DNA of 64,000 nucleotides from NCBI RefSeq assembly GCF_056712565.1, contig NZ_CM160072.1; one strand, 5' to 3'. Shown piece by piece: positions 46,252 to 56,988 of this stretch (position 1 is its first letter; each line of letters starts with the position of its first letter). The notes under the pieces were generated by a model. It saw only the letters and a program-made list of their open reading frames with translations, ran no database searches and was not told where the DNA came from. The position numbers and the translations under genes were made by a program.

Positions 46252-48009
46252 TTAACCCTGCAGCAGAGACAGAACCTGCTGCGGTACCTGGTTGGCTTTT
46301 GCCAGCACGGAGTTACCGGCCTGCTGGATAATCTGCGCTTTCGACATGTTGGACACTTCGGTCGCATAGTCGGCGTCCTGAATACGGGACTGCGCTTCAG
46401 ACAGGTTGGTAGTGGTGTTGTTCAGGTTGGTGACTGCGGAATCCAGACGGTTCTGGATAGCACCCAGGGAAGAACGGAATTTGTCGATGGAGCTGATAGC
46501 GTCGTCCAGGGCAGCAAGCGGGTTGGTCGTTGCAGAACCAGCACTGGTAGTCTCAGTAGTGATTTTACCCGCGGAGTTCACATTTACAGCAGTACCAATT
46601 GCTGGAGCATAATCTTTATTGGTATCAGTCGCTGAAGCATACCCGGCAACAGTCACAGAGCCGTTATCCTTGTTAACGCTGTAAGAGACTGTATAGTCGG
46701 CAACGTTAGTAATACCACCTTTATCATCCACATAAGACTTCGCAGCATCACTGGATTCACCCGCGGTAAACCCAATAGTTTTGCTCAGTACACCGGAATT
46801 AAAGGTAATTGAAGATGTCGCGGCAGCCGCTTTGGTTTCGCTCAATACTACATCTTTACTCACTGTAGCCTGATAAGTAATCCCACCAGGGATTAACGGA
46901 GCTACTGGAGAGGTTGTCGCAGGAGTTGCTTTTGCGATAGTATATTCAGTGCCATTGAATGTCAGAGAAGCACCGTCACTACCTTCGCTCGCGGCTTTAA
47001 GCAGCGCTTTCATATCAGCTTTAGCTGCGCTACCAGCGTTGTTAGTCGTCAAGTTGCCTGCATCGTCTACGTATGCCTGGCTTCCACCGATGGTGATATT
47101 ACCTGCTGAATCCGTTTCGAAAGAAACAGTACCATCTTTTGTGGTGTAAGAACCATTAACAGATTTACCCACATCAGCATGAAGGGTGGCAGCTAACGCA
47201 TCACGTTTTTTAGCTGAATCAGTAGCCTGCGCCGCGGCGTCTACACCCGTACCAGCAGTAGATTTGGTGGTAGTAAAATCACCAGATTTAGCGTTGTAAG
47301 TATAATCTACGCCGCCAACGGTGACTTTATCGCCATTCCCTAATTTATCGAATGCAGCATCGGTAGTTAACAAGGTATTTTCGGTTTTCAGATCATAAAG
47401 ACCTGTCGTGGTGTTTAACTTCGCGCCAGCAGAAGTTAAATCACTTACCGTTGCAGCTTTGTTGGTAATAGTACCTTTACCATTTACGTTAAAACCATTC
47501 AGACCCAGAGTATCAGAATCGATTTTCTTCAGGTCGATAGTGATAGTTTCACCGTCATTCGCACCAACCTGAATTTTCATCGAACCGTCTTTTGCCAGTA
47601 CGTTCACGCCGTTGAACTGGGTCTGGCCGGATACGCGGTCAATTTCATCAAGACGGGATTTGATTTCGTCCTGAATGGAGTCCAGATCCGAATCAGAGTT
47701 AGTTCCGGTAGAAGCCTGAACCGTCAGCTCACGGATACGCTGTAAGTTGTTGTTGATTTCAGACAGCGCGCCTTCGGTGGTCTGTGCAACAGAAATACCG
47801 TCGTTGGCGTTACGTGCAGCCTGAGTCAGGCCTTTAATGTTAGAAGTAAAACGGTTAGCAATCGCCTGACCCGCGGCGTCATCCTTCGCGCTGTTAATAC
47901 GCAAGCCAGAAGACAGACGCTCGATAGAACTCGACAGCGCAGACTGGTTCTTGTTGATATTATTTTGAGTGATCAGCGAGAGGCTGTTGGTATTAATGAC
48001 TTGTGCCAT
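46252..48009 (-). CDS. fliC: Flagellin FliC (585 aa; conserved termini, strain-specific central domain)
   Basis: N-terminus MAQVINTNSLSLITQNNINKNQSALSSSIERLSSGLRINSAKDDAAGQAIANRF and C-terminus ...QVPQQVLSLLQG are canonical; the central ~300 aa is Thr/Ser/Gly/Ala-rich. Confidence 0.95.
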   Translation of the reverse strand: MAQVINTNSLSLITQNNINKNQSALSSSIERLSSGLRINSAKDDAAGQAIANRFTSNIKGLTQAARNANDGISVAQTTEGALSEINNNLQRIRELTVQASTGTNSDSDLDSIQDEIKSRLDEIDRVSGQTQFNGVNVLAKDGSMKIQVGANDGETITIDLKKIDSDTLGLNGFNVNGKGTITNKAATVSDLTSAGAKLNTTTGLYDLKTENTLLTTDAAFDKLGNGDKVTVGGVDYTYNAKSGDFTTTKSTAGTGVDAAAQATDSAKKRDALAATLHADVGKSVNGSYTTKDGTVSFETDSAGNITIGGSQAYVDDAGNLTTNNAGSAAKADMKALLKAASEGSDGASLTFNGTEYTIAKATPATTSPVAPLIPGGITYQATVSKDVVLSETKAAAATSSITFNSGVLSKTIGFTAGESSDAAKSYVDDKGGITNVADYTVSYSVNKDNGSVTVAGYASATDTNKDYAPAIGTAVNVNSAGKITTETTSAGSATTNPLAALDDAISSIDKFRSSLGAIQNRLDSAVTNLNNTTTNLSEAQSRIQDADYATEVSNMSKAQIIQQAGNSVLAKANQVPQQVLSLLQG

Positions 48010-48085
48010 GATTCGTTATCCTATATTGCAAGTCGTTGATTACGTTTTGGGTTTCCACCCGTCGGCTCAATCGCCGTCAACCCTG

Positions 48086-48112
48086 TTATCGTCTGTCGTA
48101 AAACAACCTTTA
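48086..48112 (-). promoter_or_regulatory. Sigma-28 class III promoter of fliC
   Basis: Minus strand reads TAAAGGTT-N11-GACGATAA, about 75 nt upstream of the fliC start. Confidence 0.75.
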
Positions 48113-48204
48113 GAATTTTTTTCACAAACAGCCATTTTTTGTTAGTCGACGAAATACTCTTTTCTCTGCCCCTTATTCCCGCTATTAAAAAAAACAATTA
48201 AACG

Positions 48205-48231
48205 TAAACTTTGCGCAATTCAGGCCGATAA
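48205..48231 (+). promoter_or_regulatory. Sigma-28 class III promoter of fliDST
   Basis: Plus strand reads TAAACTTT-N11-GCCGATAA, about 45 nt upstream of the fliD start. Confidence 0.8.
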
Positions 48232-48274
48232 CCCCGGTATTCGTTTTACGTGTCGAAAGATAAAAGGAAATCGC

Positions 48275-49681
48275 ATGGCAAGTATTTCATCGCTGGGAGT
48301 CGGGTCAGGTCTGGATTTAAGTTCAATCCTTGATAGCCTCACCGCCGCGCAAAAAGCGACGCTAACCCCTATTTCAAATCAGCAATCGTCGTTTACCGCT
48401 AAACTTAGCGCCTACGGTACGCTGAAAAGCGCGCTGACAACTTTCCAGACCGCCAATACTGCATTGTCTAAAGCCGATCTTTTTTCCGCTACCAGCACCA
48501 CCAGCAGCACCACCGCGTTCAGTGCCACCACCGCGGGTAACGCCATCGCCGGGAAATACACCATCAGCGTCACCCATCTGGCGCAGGCGCAAACCCTGAC
48601 AACGCGCACCACCAGAGACGATACGAAAACGGCGATCGCCACCAGCGACAGTAAACTCACCATTCAACAAGGCGGCGACAAAGATCCGATTACCATTGAT
48701 ATCAGCGCGGCTAACTCGTCGTTAAGCGGGATCCGTGATGCCATCAACAACGCAAAAGCGGGCGTAAGCGCAAGCATCATTAACGTGGGTAACGGTGAAT
48801 ATCGTCTGTCAGTCACATCAAATGACACCGGCCTTGACAATGCGATGACGCTCTCGGTTAGCGGTGATGATGCGCTACAAAGTTTTATGGGCTATGACGC
48901 CAGTGCCAGCAGCAACGGCATGGAGGTCTCGGTCGCCGCCCAGAATGCACAGCTGACGGTCAATAACGTCGCCATTGAGAACAGCAGCAACACCATCAGC
49001 AACGCGCTGGAAAACATCACCCTGAACCTGAACGATGTCACCACAGGCAACCAGACGCTGACCATCACTCAGGACACCTCCAAAGCGCAAACGGCGATTA
49101 AAGACTGGGTGAATGCCTATAACTCGCTAATAGATACCTTTAGCAGCCTGACCAAATACACCGCCGTAGATGCGGGAGCTGATAGCCAGAATTCTAGCAA
49201 TGGCGCACTACTCGGCGACTCCACGCTGCGAACGATTCAGACGCAGTTGAAATCGATGCTGAGTAATACCGTCAGTTCTTCCAACTATAAAACGCTGGCG
49301 CAGATTGGTATCACGACCGATCCCAGCGATGGCAAACTGGAACTGGATGCCGACAAACTCACCGCTGCATTGAAAAAAGATGCCAGCGGCGTAGGTGCAT
49401 TGATTGTTGGCGATGGTAAAAAAACCGGCATCACGACCACCATCGGCAGCAACCTGACCAGTTGGCTTTCGACAACGGGCATTATTAAAGCCGCTACCGA
49501 TGGCGTTAGTAAGACCCTGAATAAGTTAACTAAAGACTACAACGCCGCCAGCGATCGCATTGATGCGCAGGTCGCGCGCTATAAAGAACAATTTACCCAA
49601 CTGGACGTTTTAATGACCTCGTTAAACAGCACCAGCAGCTACTTAACACAGCAGTTCGAAAACAACAGTAATTCCAAGTAA
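48275..49681 (+). CDS. fliD: Flagellar filament cap protein FliD
   Basis: 468 aa, recognisable FliD sequence. Confidence 0.95.
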   Translation: MASISSLGVGSGLDLSSILDSLTAAQKATLTPISNQQSSFTAKLSAYGTLKSALTTFQTANTALSKADLFSATSTTSSTTAFSATTAGNAIAGKYTISVTHLAQAQTLTTRTTRDDTKTAIATSDSKLTIQQGGDKDPITIDISAANSSLSGIRDAINNAKAGVSASIINVGNGEYRLSVTSNDTGLDNAMTLSVSGDDALQSFMGYDASASSNGMEVSVAAQNAQLTVNNVAIENSSNTISNALENITLNLNDVTTGNQTLTITQDTSKAQTAIKDWVNAYNSLIDTFSSLTKYTAVDAGADSQNSSNGALLGDSTLRTIQTQLKSMLSNTVSSSNYKTLAQIGITTDPSDGKLELDADKLTAALKKDASGVGALIVGDGKKTGITTTIGSNLTSWLSTTGIIKAATDGVSKTLNKLTKDYNAASDRIDAQVARYKEQFTQLDVLMTSLNSTSSYLTQQFENNSNSK

Positions 49682-49705
49682 TCAATATTCATCGGGAGAC
49701 AGGTC

Positions 49706-50116
49706 ATGTACGCGGCAAAAGGCACCCAGGCCTATGCACAAATTGGCGTCGAAAGCGCCGTAATGAGCGCCAGCCAACAGCAGTTGGTCACCATGCTATT
49801 TGATGGAGTGCTGAGCGCACTGGTTAGAGCGCGACTGTTTATGCAGGACAACAATCAGCAAGGCAAAGGTGTCTCTTTGTCAAAAGCGATCAACATCATT
49901 GAGAACGGACTGCGGGTGAGTCTTGATGAAGAGAGCAAAGACGAATTAACCCAAAACTTAATTGCTCTTTATAGCTATATGGTCAGGCGTTTGCTGCAAG
50001 CCAATTTACGCAACGATGTCTCCGCAGTCGAAGAGGTGGAAGCATTAATGCGTAATATTGCCGATGCCTGGAAAGAGTCTTTACTCTCCCCTTCTTTGAT
50101 TCAGGACCCAGTCTGA
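49706..50116 (+). CDS. fliS: Flagellin-specific chaperone FliS
   Basis: 136-aa ORF directly after fliD. Confidence 0.9.
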   Translation: MYAAKGTQAYAQIGVESAVMSASQQQLVTMLFDGVLSALVRARLFMQDNNQQGKGVSLSKAINIIENGLRVSLDEESKDELTQNLIALYSYMVRRLLQANLRNDVSAVEEVEALMRNIADAWKESLLSPSLIQDPV

Positions 50117-50481
50117 TGAACAATGCACCGCATTTGTATTTCGCCTGGCAACAACTCGTCGAAAAAAGCCAGCTCATGTTACGCCTGGCAACGGAAGAAC
50201 AATGGGACGAACTCATCGCCAGCGAAATGGCGTATGTGAATGCGGTGCAGGAGATCGCACACCTGACTGAAGAGGTTGCCCCGTCCACTACGATGCAGGA
50301 GCAGCTCCGCCCGATGCTGCACCTGATTCTCGACAACGAAAGCAAGGTAAAGCAGTTATTACAGATTCGGATGGATGAACTGGCGAAACTGGTCGGTCAG
50401 TCATCGGTGCAAAAATCGGTGTTAAGTGCCTATGGCGATCAGGGCGGCTTTGTGCTGGCTCCGCAGGATAACCTCTTTTGA
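50116..50481 (+). CDS. fliT: FliD chaperone / anti-FlhDC factor FliT
   Basis: 121-aa ORF; start overlaps the fliS stop. Confidence 0.9.
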   Translation: MNNAPHLYFAWQQLVEKSQLMLRLATEEQWDELIASEMAYVNAVQEIAHLTEEVAPSTTMQEQLRPMLHLILDNESKVKQLLQIRMDELAKLVGQSSVQKSVLSAYGDQGGFVLAPQDNLF

Positions 50482-50558
50482 ATCTTAATGAGCCGATGGC
50501 TCGCGAATAATCCGATTACGGCTACGCTTCTAATATTCCCCTTGAATGGAGTCGAAGA

Positions 50559-52046
50559 ATGCGTAATCCCACGCTGTTACAATGTTTTCACTGGTATTAC
50601 CCGGAAGGCGGTAAGCTCTGGCCTGAACTGGCCGAGCGCGCAGACGGTTTTAATGATATTGGTATCAATATGGTCTGGTTGCCGCCCGCCTATAAAGGCG
50701 CATCGGGCGGGTATTCGGTCGGCTACGACTCCTATGATTTATTTGATTTAGGTGAGTTTGATCAGAAAGGCTGCATCCCTACTAAATATGGTGATAAAGC
50801 ACAACTGCTGGCCGCCATTGACGCCCTGAAACGTAATGACATTGCGGTGCTGCTGGACGTGGTAGTCAACCACAAAATGGGCGCAGATGAAAAAGAAGCT
50901 ATTCGCGTGCAGCGTGTAAATGCTGATGACCGTACGCAAATTGACGAAGAAATCATTGAGTGTGAAGGCTGGACGCGTTACACCTTCCCCGCTCGTGCCG
51001 GGCAATACTCGCAGTTTATCTGGGATTTCAAATGTTTTAGCGGTATCGACCATATCGAACACCCTGATGAAGATGGCATTTTTAAAATTGTTAACGACTA
51101 TACCGGAGAAGGCTGGAACGATCAGGTTGATGATGAACTCGGTAATTTCGATTATCTGATGGGTGAGAATATCGATTTTCGCAATCATGCCGTGACGGAA
51201 GAGATTAAATACTGGGCGCGCTGGGTGATGGAACAAACGCAATGCGACGGCTTTCGTCTTGATGCGGTCAAACATATTCCGGCATGGTTTTATAAAGAGT
51301 GGATCGAACACGTACAGGAAGTTGCGCCAAAGCCGCTGTTTATTGTGGCTGAATACTGGTCGCATGAAGTCGATAAACTGCAAACGTATATTGATCAGGT
51401 GGAAGGCAAAACCATGCTGTTTGATGCGCCGCTGCAGATGAAATTCCATGAAGCATCGCGCATGGGTCGCGACTACGACATGACGCAGATCTTCACTGGG
51501 ACGCTGGTGGAAGCCGATCCTTTTCACGCCGTAACCCTCGTTGCCAACCACGACACCCAACCGTTGCAAGCCCTCGAAGCACCGGTCGAACCGTGGTTTA
51601 AACCGCTGGCGTATGCCTTAATTTTGTTGCGGGAAAATGGCGTTCCTTCGGTGTTCTATCCGGACCTCTACGGTGCACATTACGAAGATGTCGGTGGTGA
51701 CGGGCAAACCTATCCGATAGATATGCCAATAATCGAACAGCTTGATGAGTTAATTCTCGCCCGTCAGCGTTTCGCCCACGGTGTACAGACGTTATTTTTC
51801 GACCATCCGAACTGCATTGCCTTTAGCCGCAGTGGCACCGACGAATATCCCGGCTGCGTGGTGGTCATGTCGAACGGAGATGATGGCGAAAAAACCATTC
51901 ATCTGGGAGAGAATTACGGCAATAAAACCTGGCGTGATTTTCTGGGGAACCGGCAAGAGAGCGTAGTGACAGACGAAAACGGCGAAGCGACCTTCTTTTG
52001 CAACGGCGGCAGCGTTAGCGTGTGGGTTATCGAAGAGGTGATTTAA
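50559..52046 (+). CDS. amyA: Cytoplasmic alpha-amylase AmyA
   Basis: 495-aa GH13 alpha-amylase with no signal peptide. Confidence 0.9.
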   Translation: MRNPTLLQCFHWYYPEGGKLWPELAERADGFNDIGINMVWLPPAYKGASGGYSVGYDSYDLFDLGEFDQKGCIPTKYGDKAQLLAAIDALKRNDIAVLLDVVVNHKMGADEKEAIRVQRVNADDRTQIDEEIIECEGWTRYTFPARAGQYSQFIWDFKCFSGIDHIEHPDEDGIFKIVNDYTGEGWNDQVDDELGNFDYLMGENIDFRNHAVTEEIKYWARWVMEQTQCDGFRLDAVKHIPAWFYKEWIEHVQEVAPKPLFIVAEYWSHEVDKLQTYIDQVEGKTMLFDAPLQMKFHEASRMGRDYDMTQIFTGTLVEADPFHAVTLVANHDTQPLQALEAPVEPWFKPLAYALILLRENGVPSVFYPDLYGAHYEDVGGDGQTYPIDMPIIEQLDELILARQRFAHGVQTLFFDHPNCIAFSRSGTDEYPGCVVVMSNGDDGEKTIHLGENYGNKTWRDFLGNRQESVVTDENGEATFFCNGGSVSVWVIEEVI

Positions 52047-52052
52047 ATCCAT

Positions 52053-52079
52053 CCCCGGCGGCAAGCCGGGGAGATTTCA
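52053..52079. terminator. Hairpin between convergent amyA and yedD
   Basis: ccccggc-ggcaa-gccgggg palindrome; flanking T-runs are weak. Confidence 0.4.
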
Positions 52080-52493
52080 TTACGGCAGTGGCGTCGGTAA
52101 CGGCGCTTTATCCAGCGCGGCGGCACACTCTGCCGTCGGGCGATCCACACGCTCCATCGTCATACCATCGTACTCAATGGTGTTACCGTCACGCTCAACC
52201 TCGTACAGCTCACGTTTTACGGTAACGTTAGTGAGATCATCAGACATCAATGTCAACTTACCCGGCACGGCAATCACCCGCTGCCACTGACGGCAATCCA
52301 GGGTATCGCCCTCTTTAGTGACAATGAGGCTGCCTATCGCTTCCGGACTGACCAGCGCACGTTGCGGCCCTTTGGTCTGCCAGTAACCCGTCAGCCAGTC
52401 CGGCGCGGGGGTTTTCACGACATTGTTATAGTTTTCGACTTCGGCACAGCCCGCCAGCAACATGAGCGCACCTGCAATTGCGAGTTTTTTCAT
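52080..52493 (-). CDS. yedD: Lipoprotein YedD
   Basis: 137 aa with lipobox (LLAGC). Confidence 0.8.
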   Translation of the reverse strand: MKKLAIAGALMLLAGCAEVENYNNVVKTPAPDWLTGYWQTKGPQRALVSPEAIGSLIVTKEGDTLDCRQWQRVIAVPGKLTLMSDDLTNVTVKRELYEVERDGNTIEYDGMTMERVDRPTAECAAALDKAPLPTPLP

Positions 52494-52679
52494 CATTCGT
52501 CCTGCATGAGAAGAAAAGAGGATTGTGGCATTAAAGCCCTGATGTCGCCAGCCTTTCCAGGCTCAGAGAGAAATTTGATCTAACCATTATTTTTGTGAAT
52601 TATTACCCCGAAAATAAATTTGCATGGTGTATGATTCGCGACTCTTGTTTCAAACCTTCTGAGTTCAGAGGCTACATTC

Positions 52680-53885
52680 ATGTCATGGCAGCAATTCAAA
52701 CACGCCTGGTTGATTAAATTCTGGGCACCCATCCCTGCGGTCATCGCGGCGGGTATTCTCTCCACTTACTATTTTGGCATCACTGGCACATTTTGGGCAG
52801 TCACGGGTGAATTTACCCGTTGGGGCGGTCAGCTCCTGCAGTTGTTCGGCGTCCATGCTGAAGAGTGGGGTTATTTTAAAATTATCCATCTGGAAGGATC
52901 GCCATTAACCCGCATCGACGGAATGATGATCCTCGGTATGTTTGGCGGCTGTTTTGCCGCAGCGCTGTGGGCCAACAATGTCAAACTGCGCATGCCGCGC
53001 AGCCGTATCCGCATTATGCAGGCCATCATTGGCGGTATTATCGCCGGTTTTGGCGCACGTCTGGCAATGGGCTGTAACCTGGCGGCGTTCTTTACCGGAA
53101 TTCCACAGTTCTCGCTGCACGCCTAGTTCTTTGCCATCGCCACTGCCATTGGTTCATGGTTTGGCGCGCGCTTTACCCTGCTGCCCATCTTCCGTATTCC
53201 CGTGAAAATGCAGAAAGTTTCTGCCGCCTCACCGCTGACGCAAAAACCGGATCAGGCGCGGCGTCGTTTTCGTCTCGGGATGCTGGTCTTTTTCGGCATG
53301 CTGGGCTGGGCGCTGCTCACGGCGATGAACCAACCCAAACTGGGGCTGGCAATGCTGTTTGGCGTCGGCTTTGGTTTACTGATTGAACGTGCGCAAATCT
53401 GCTTTACTTCGGCGTTCCGCGATATGTGGATCACCGGACGTACCCATATGGCGAAAGCAATCATTATCGGTATGGCGGTAAGTGCCATCGGGATCTTCAG
53501 TTACGTACAGTTAGGCGTTGAACCCAAAATCATGTGGGCGGGACCAAACGCGGTAATTGGTGGTTTACTGTTTGGTTTTGGCATCGTGCTGGCAGGCGGC
53601 TGCGAAACCGGCTGGATGTACCGCGCGGTAGAAGGCCAGGTGCACTACTGGTGGGTCGGTCTGGGCAACGTGATCGGCTCAACGATTCTGGCGTATTACT
53701 GGGATGATTTCGCTCCGGCGCTGGCCACCGACTGGGACAAAATCAACCTGCTGAAAACCTTTGGTCCGATGGGTGGCCTGCTGGTGACATATTTGCTGTT
53801 GTTTGCAGCTCTAATGTTGATTATCGGCTGGGAAAAACGCTTCTTCCGCCGTGCGGCACCGCAGATTGCTAAGGAGATCGCATGA
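52680..53885 (+). pseudogene. yedE: Selenium-metabolism membrane protein YedE, interrupted by an in-frame TAG at codon 149
   Basis: ORFs 52680..53126 (148 aa) and 53202..53885 (227 aa) are in the same frame; together they span 402 codons with a single TAG at 53124-53126 (...FSLHA*FFAIATAIGSWFGARF...). Confidence 0.75.
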
Positions 53886-54115
53886 AAAATATCGTTCCTG
53901 ATTACCGTCTTGATATGGTGGGTGAACCCTGCCCTTATCCGGCTGTCGCAACCCTTGAGGCGATGCCGCAGTTAAAAAAAGGGGAGATCCTGGAAGTGGT
54001 GAGCGACTGTCCGCAGTCGATCAATAATATTCCACTGGATGCGCGTAATCACGGCTATACGGTGCTGGATATTCAGCAAGACGGGCCGACCATTCGTTAT
54101 TTAATTCAGAAGTAA
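53882..54115 (+). CDS. yedF: TusA-like sulfurtransferase YedF
   Basis: 77 aa with CPYP motif (EPCPYPAVATLEA); 4-bp overlap with the yedE stop. Confidence 0.9.
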   Translation: MKNIVPDYRLDMVGEPCPYPAVATLEAMPQLKKGEILEVVSDCPQSINNIPLDARNHGYTVLDIQQDGPTIRYLIQK

Positions 54116-54223
54116 TCCCTCATTCCCGCTGTGGCCCACAGCGGGAACATCGTTACCTCTCTATCACATAGATTTTACCCGCCCCCTCTCCTATTCTTTT
54201 CAGTGTGCTCTCAGGAGGTTTCT

Positions 54224-54892
54224 ATGTGTGGACGCTTTGCCCAATCCCAAACGCGTGAAGATTACCTCGCGTTTCTCGCGGAAGATATTGAACGCGATAT
54301 TCCCTACGATCCCGAACCTATTGGCAGATACAACGTCGCGCCGGGAACCAAAGTCCTTCTGCTCAGTGAACGTGATGAACACCTTCATCTGGATCCGGTT
54401 TTCTGGGGATATGCTCCCGGATGGTGGGATAAACCGCCGCTGATTAACGCCCGCGTAGAAACTGCCGCAACCAGTCGCATGTTTAAACCGCTCTGGCAAC
54501 ATGGTCGGGTAATATGCTTTGCCGATGGCTGGTTTGAGTGGAAAAAAGAAGGCGACAAAAAACAGCCTTATTTTATCTATCGCGCTGATGGACAACCTGT
54601 TTTTATAGCCGCGATAGGTAGCACACCGTTTGAGCGCGGTGACGAAGCCGAAGGAGTTTTAATTGTCACTGCAGCAGCAGACCAGGGCCTGGTAGATATT
54701 CATGACCGCCGCCCGCTGGTACTGTCGCCAGAAACTGCGCGGGAATGGATGCGGCAAGACATTGGTGGTAAAGAAGCCTCAGAAATCGCTACCAGAAGCT
54801 GTGTGCCAGCAAACCAGTTCATCTGGCACCCTGTGTCGCGCGCGGTGGGTAATGTTAAAAACCAGGGCGCGGAGTTAATTCAACCTGTTTGA
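54224..54892 (+). CDS. yedK: SOS-response-associated peptidase YedK (abasic-site DNA-protein crosslink protein)
   Basis: ORF 54131..54892; start set at MCGRFAQ (catalytic Cys2) with AGGAGG 6 nt upstream, giving 222 aa. Confidence 0.9.
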   Translation: MCGRFAQSQTREDYLAFLAEDIERDIPYDPEPIGRYNVAPGTKVLLLSERDEHLHLDPVFWGYAPGWWDKPPLINARVETAATSRMFKPLWQHGRVICFADGWFEWKKEGDKKQPYFIYRADGQPVFIAAIGSTPFERGDEAEGVLIVTAAADQGLVDIHDRRPLVLSPETAREWMRQDIGGKEASEIATRSCVPANQFIWHPVSRAVGNVKNQGAELIQPV

Positions 54893-55404
54893 TAAGCCTG
54901 GAGATTATCTACACCTGGATGGACATCATTGTACTATGCCCCGTACATGCCCCATCACATCCTCAACATCAAAGTATTAGAGCCTTGCAAACCATTATGC
55001 GTCTCAGTTTGTCTCATCTATCTTACGCAAAAAAAATAGAACTAATATCAAGCGGCGCTATATTGCGTATTAAATAAAACCACCTCAATTACATTAATAA
55101 ATCTAAACAAATATCATGCAAATAATTTCCATGGTTATTTTTAGGCTATTTAAATTAAAAAAATAAATTATGAGTCAAACATAAATAACAATCTTTAATA
55201 TAATTTGACTACCAAATTTATATTCGTTCACAAAATAGTCATGCATTGTGTGCAATAGAAACAGTTCAGATAAAAATAGGGAACTACTTCACAATTTAAA
55301 TGAGAAACTAAAACTTACATCTTGAAATAATCTCATTGATTAGATGAATATTTGTAGTGCAGTGACATCATTTTTAAATAATAGTTCAAATAAAAGGGCT
55401 CACG

Positions 55405-56487
55405 ATGAAAAAATTAACAGTGGCAATTTCTGCTGTAGCTGCATCAGTACTGATGGCGATGTCTGCTCAGGCAGCAGAGATTTACAATAAAGACAGTAAC
55501 AAGCTGGATCTGTACGGAAAAGTTAATGCTAAGCACTACTTCTCTTCTAACGATGCAGATGATGGCGACACAACTTATGTTCGTCTGGGCTTCAAAGGCG
55601 AAACTCAAATCAACGATCAACTGACTGGTTTCGGTCAGTGGGAATATGAATTCAAAGGCAACCGTGCTGAATCTCAAGGTTCTTCCAAAGATAAAACCCG
55701 TCTTGCCTTCGCTGGCCTGAAATTCGGTGACTACGGCTCCATCGATTATGGCCGTAACTACGGTGTAGCATACGATATCGGTGCATGGACCGACGTTCTG
55801 CCAGAATTCGGTGGCGATACCTGGACCCAAACAGATGTGTTCATGACTGGTCGCACCACAGGTGTTGCAACCTATCGTAACAACGACTTCTTTGGTCTGG
55901 TTGATGGTCTGAACTTTGCTGCTCAGTATCAGGGTAAAAATGACCGCACTGACGTAACTGAAGCTAACGGTGATGGTTTCGGTTTCTCCACTACTTATGA
56001 GTATGAAGGATTCGGTGTAGGTGCAACCTATGCTAAATCTGACCGCACTAATGATCAGGTTATCTACGGTAACAACAGCCTGAATGCATCTGGTCAAAAT
56101 GCTGAAGTATGGGCAGCTGGTCTGAAATATGATGCGAACAACATCTATCTGGCTACCACCTATTCTGAAACCCAGAACATGACTGTTTTTGGTAATAACC
56201 ATATTGCCAACAAAGCACAAAACTTCGAAGTAGTTGCACAATATCAGTTCGACTTCGGTCTGCGTCCGTCCGTTGCTTACCTGCAATCTAAAGGAAAAGA
56301 CTTGGGTGCGTGGGGTGATCAGGACCTGGTTGAATATATTGATGTAGGTGCAACCTATTACTTCAACAAAAATATGTCCACTTTTGTTGATTACAAAATC
56401 AACCTGATTGATAAGAGCGATTTCACGAAAGCATCTGGCGTTGCTACCGATGATATCGTTGCTGTAGGATTGGTTTACCAGTTCTAA
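55405..56487 (+). CDS. nmpC: General outer-membrane porin, NmpC/OmpD-type
   Basis: 360 aa; signal peptide ...[13 protein letters not shown]; porin motifs and C-terminal ...VGLVYQF. Confidence 0.8.
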   Translation: MKKLTVAISAVAASVLMAMSAQAAEIYNKDSNKLDLYGKVNAKHYFSSNDADDGDTTYVRLGFKGETQINDQLTGFGQWEYEFKGNRAESQGSSKDKTRLAFAGLKFGDYGSIDYGRNYGVAYDIGAWTDVLPEFGGDTWTQTDVFMTGRTTGVATYRNNDFFGLVDGLNFAAQYQGKNDRTDVTEANGDGFGFSTTYEYEGFGVGATYAKSDRTNDQVIYGNNSLNASGQNAEVWAAGLKYDANNIYLATTYSETQNMTVFGNNHIANKAQNFEVVAQYQFDFGLRPSVAYLQSKGKDLGAWGDQDLVEYIDVGATYYFNKNMSTFVDYKINLIDKSDFTKASGVATDDIVAVGLVYQF

Positions 56488-56503
56488 TCTGATTACTCAA
56501 AGA

Positions 56504-56536
56504 TATGTTGTGGGAGGCTTTGCCTCCCCAACATAT
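56504..56536. other. Long near-perfect inverted repeat just downstream of the porin stop
   Basis: atatgttgtgggaggc-ttt-gcctccccaacatat, 15-16 bp arms. Confidence 0.5.
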
Positions 56537-56624
56537 AAGTGGCCCCCTCAAGCCACTTTCCTTAGAAGCACTATCTTGCTTCTGACTATATAAACCTTCT
56601 GTTATATATTACCCTTTATTTTCT

Positions 56625-56648
56625 GGGGCGTTTCAACGCCCCATTTTT
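56625..56648 (+). terminator. Rho-independent terminator downstream of the porin gene
   Basis: ggggcgtt-tcaa-cgcccc followed by ATTTTT. Confidence 0.6.
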
Positions 56649-56988
56649 AATAATACTCAGTGAACAATTAACGTATCAATTAGATTTAATAACAACGATA
56701 TCCGTACCTAACCGGATATCTAATGTCATAAGCATCCCTTTAATTATCCCCTCAACCTCTTGTAACTTTCCCACTCTTGAACTCCACATAGTCCAAACGC
56801 CGGATGCAAAAAAATCACACGTGCATTTCTGAAATTGTGATGAAGGAAGATAGTATCAATTATATGTGCTTATAAACGACCCCGATTAGCGCAGAAGTCA
56901 CCGGATTGTTCAGGCTCCAATAGGTTGAGTATGCCGTATTTATTTTCCAAAATAAAAATCGATGCTGTTGCTCCTTCATAAAATACTT

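Noticed and set aside
50748-51569. 273-aa minus-strand ORF inside amyA
   Set aside because: Antisense to amyA with no recognisable domain.
53124-53126. Possibility that the stop inside yedE is a recoded selenocysteine codon
   Set aside because: The codon is TAG, not TGA, and no SECIS-like hairpin follows immediately; treated as a nonsense mutation or sequencing error.
55444-56286. 280-aa minus-strand ORF inside the porin gene
   Set aside because: Antisense to a clear porin CDS that has a signal peptide and porin motifs.
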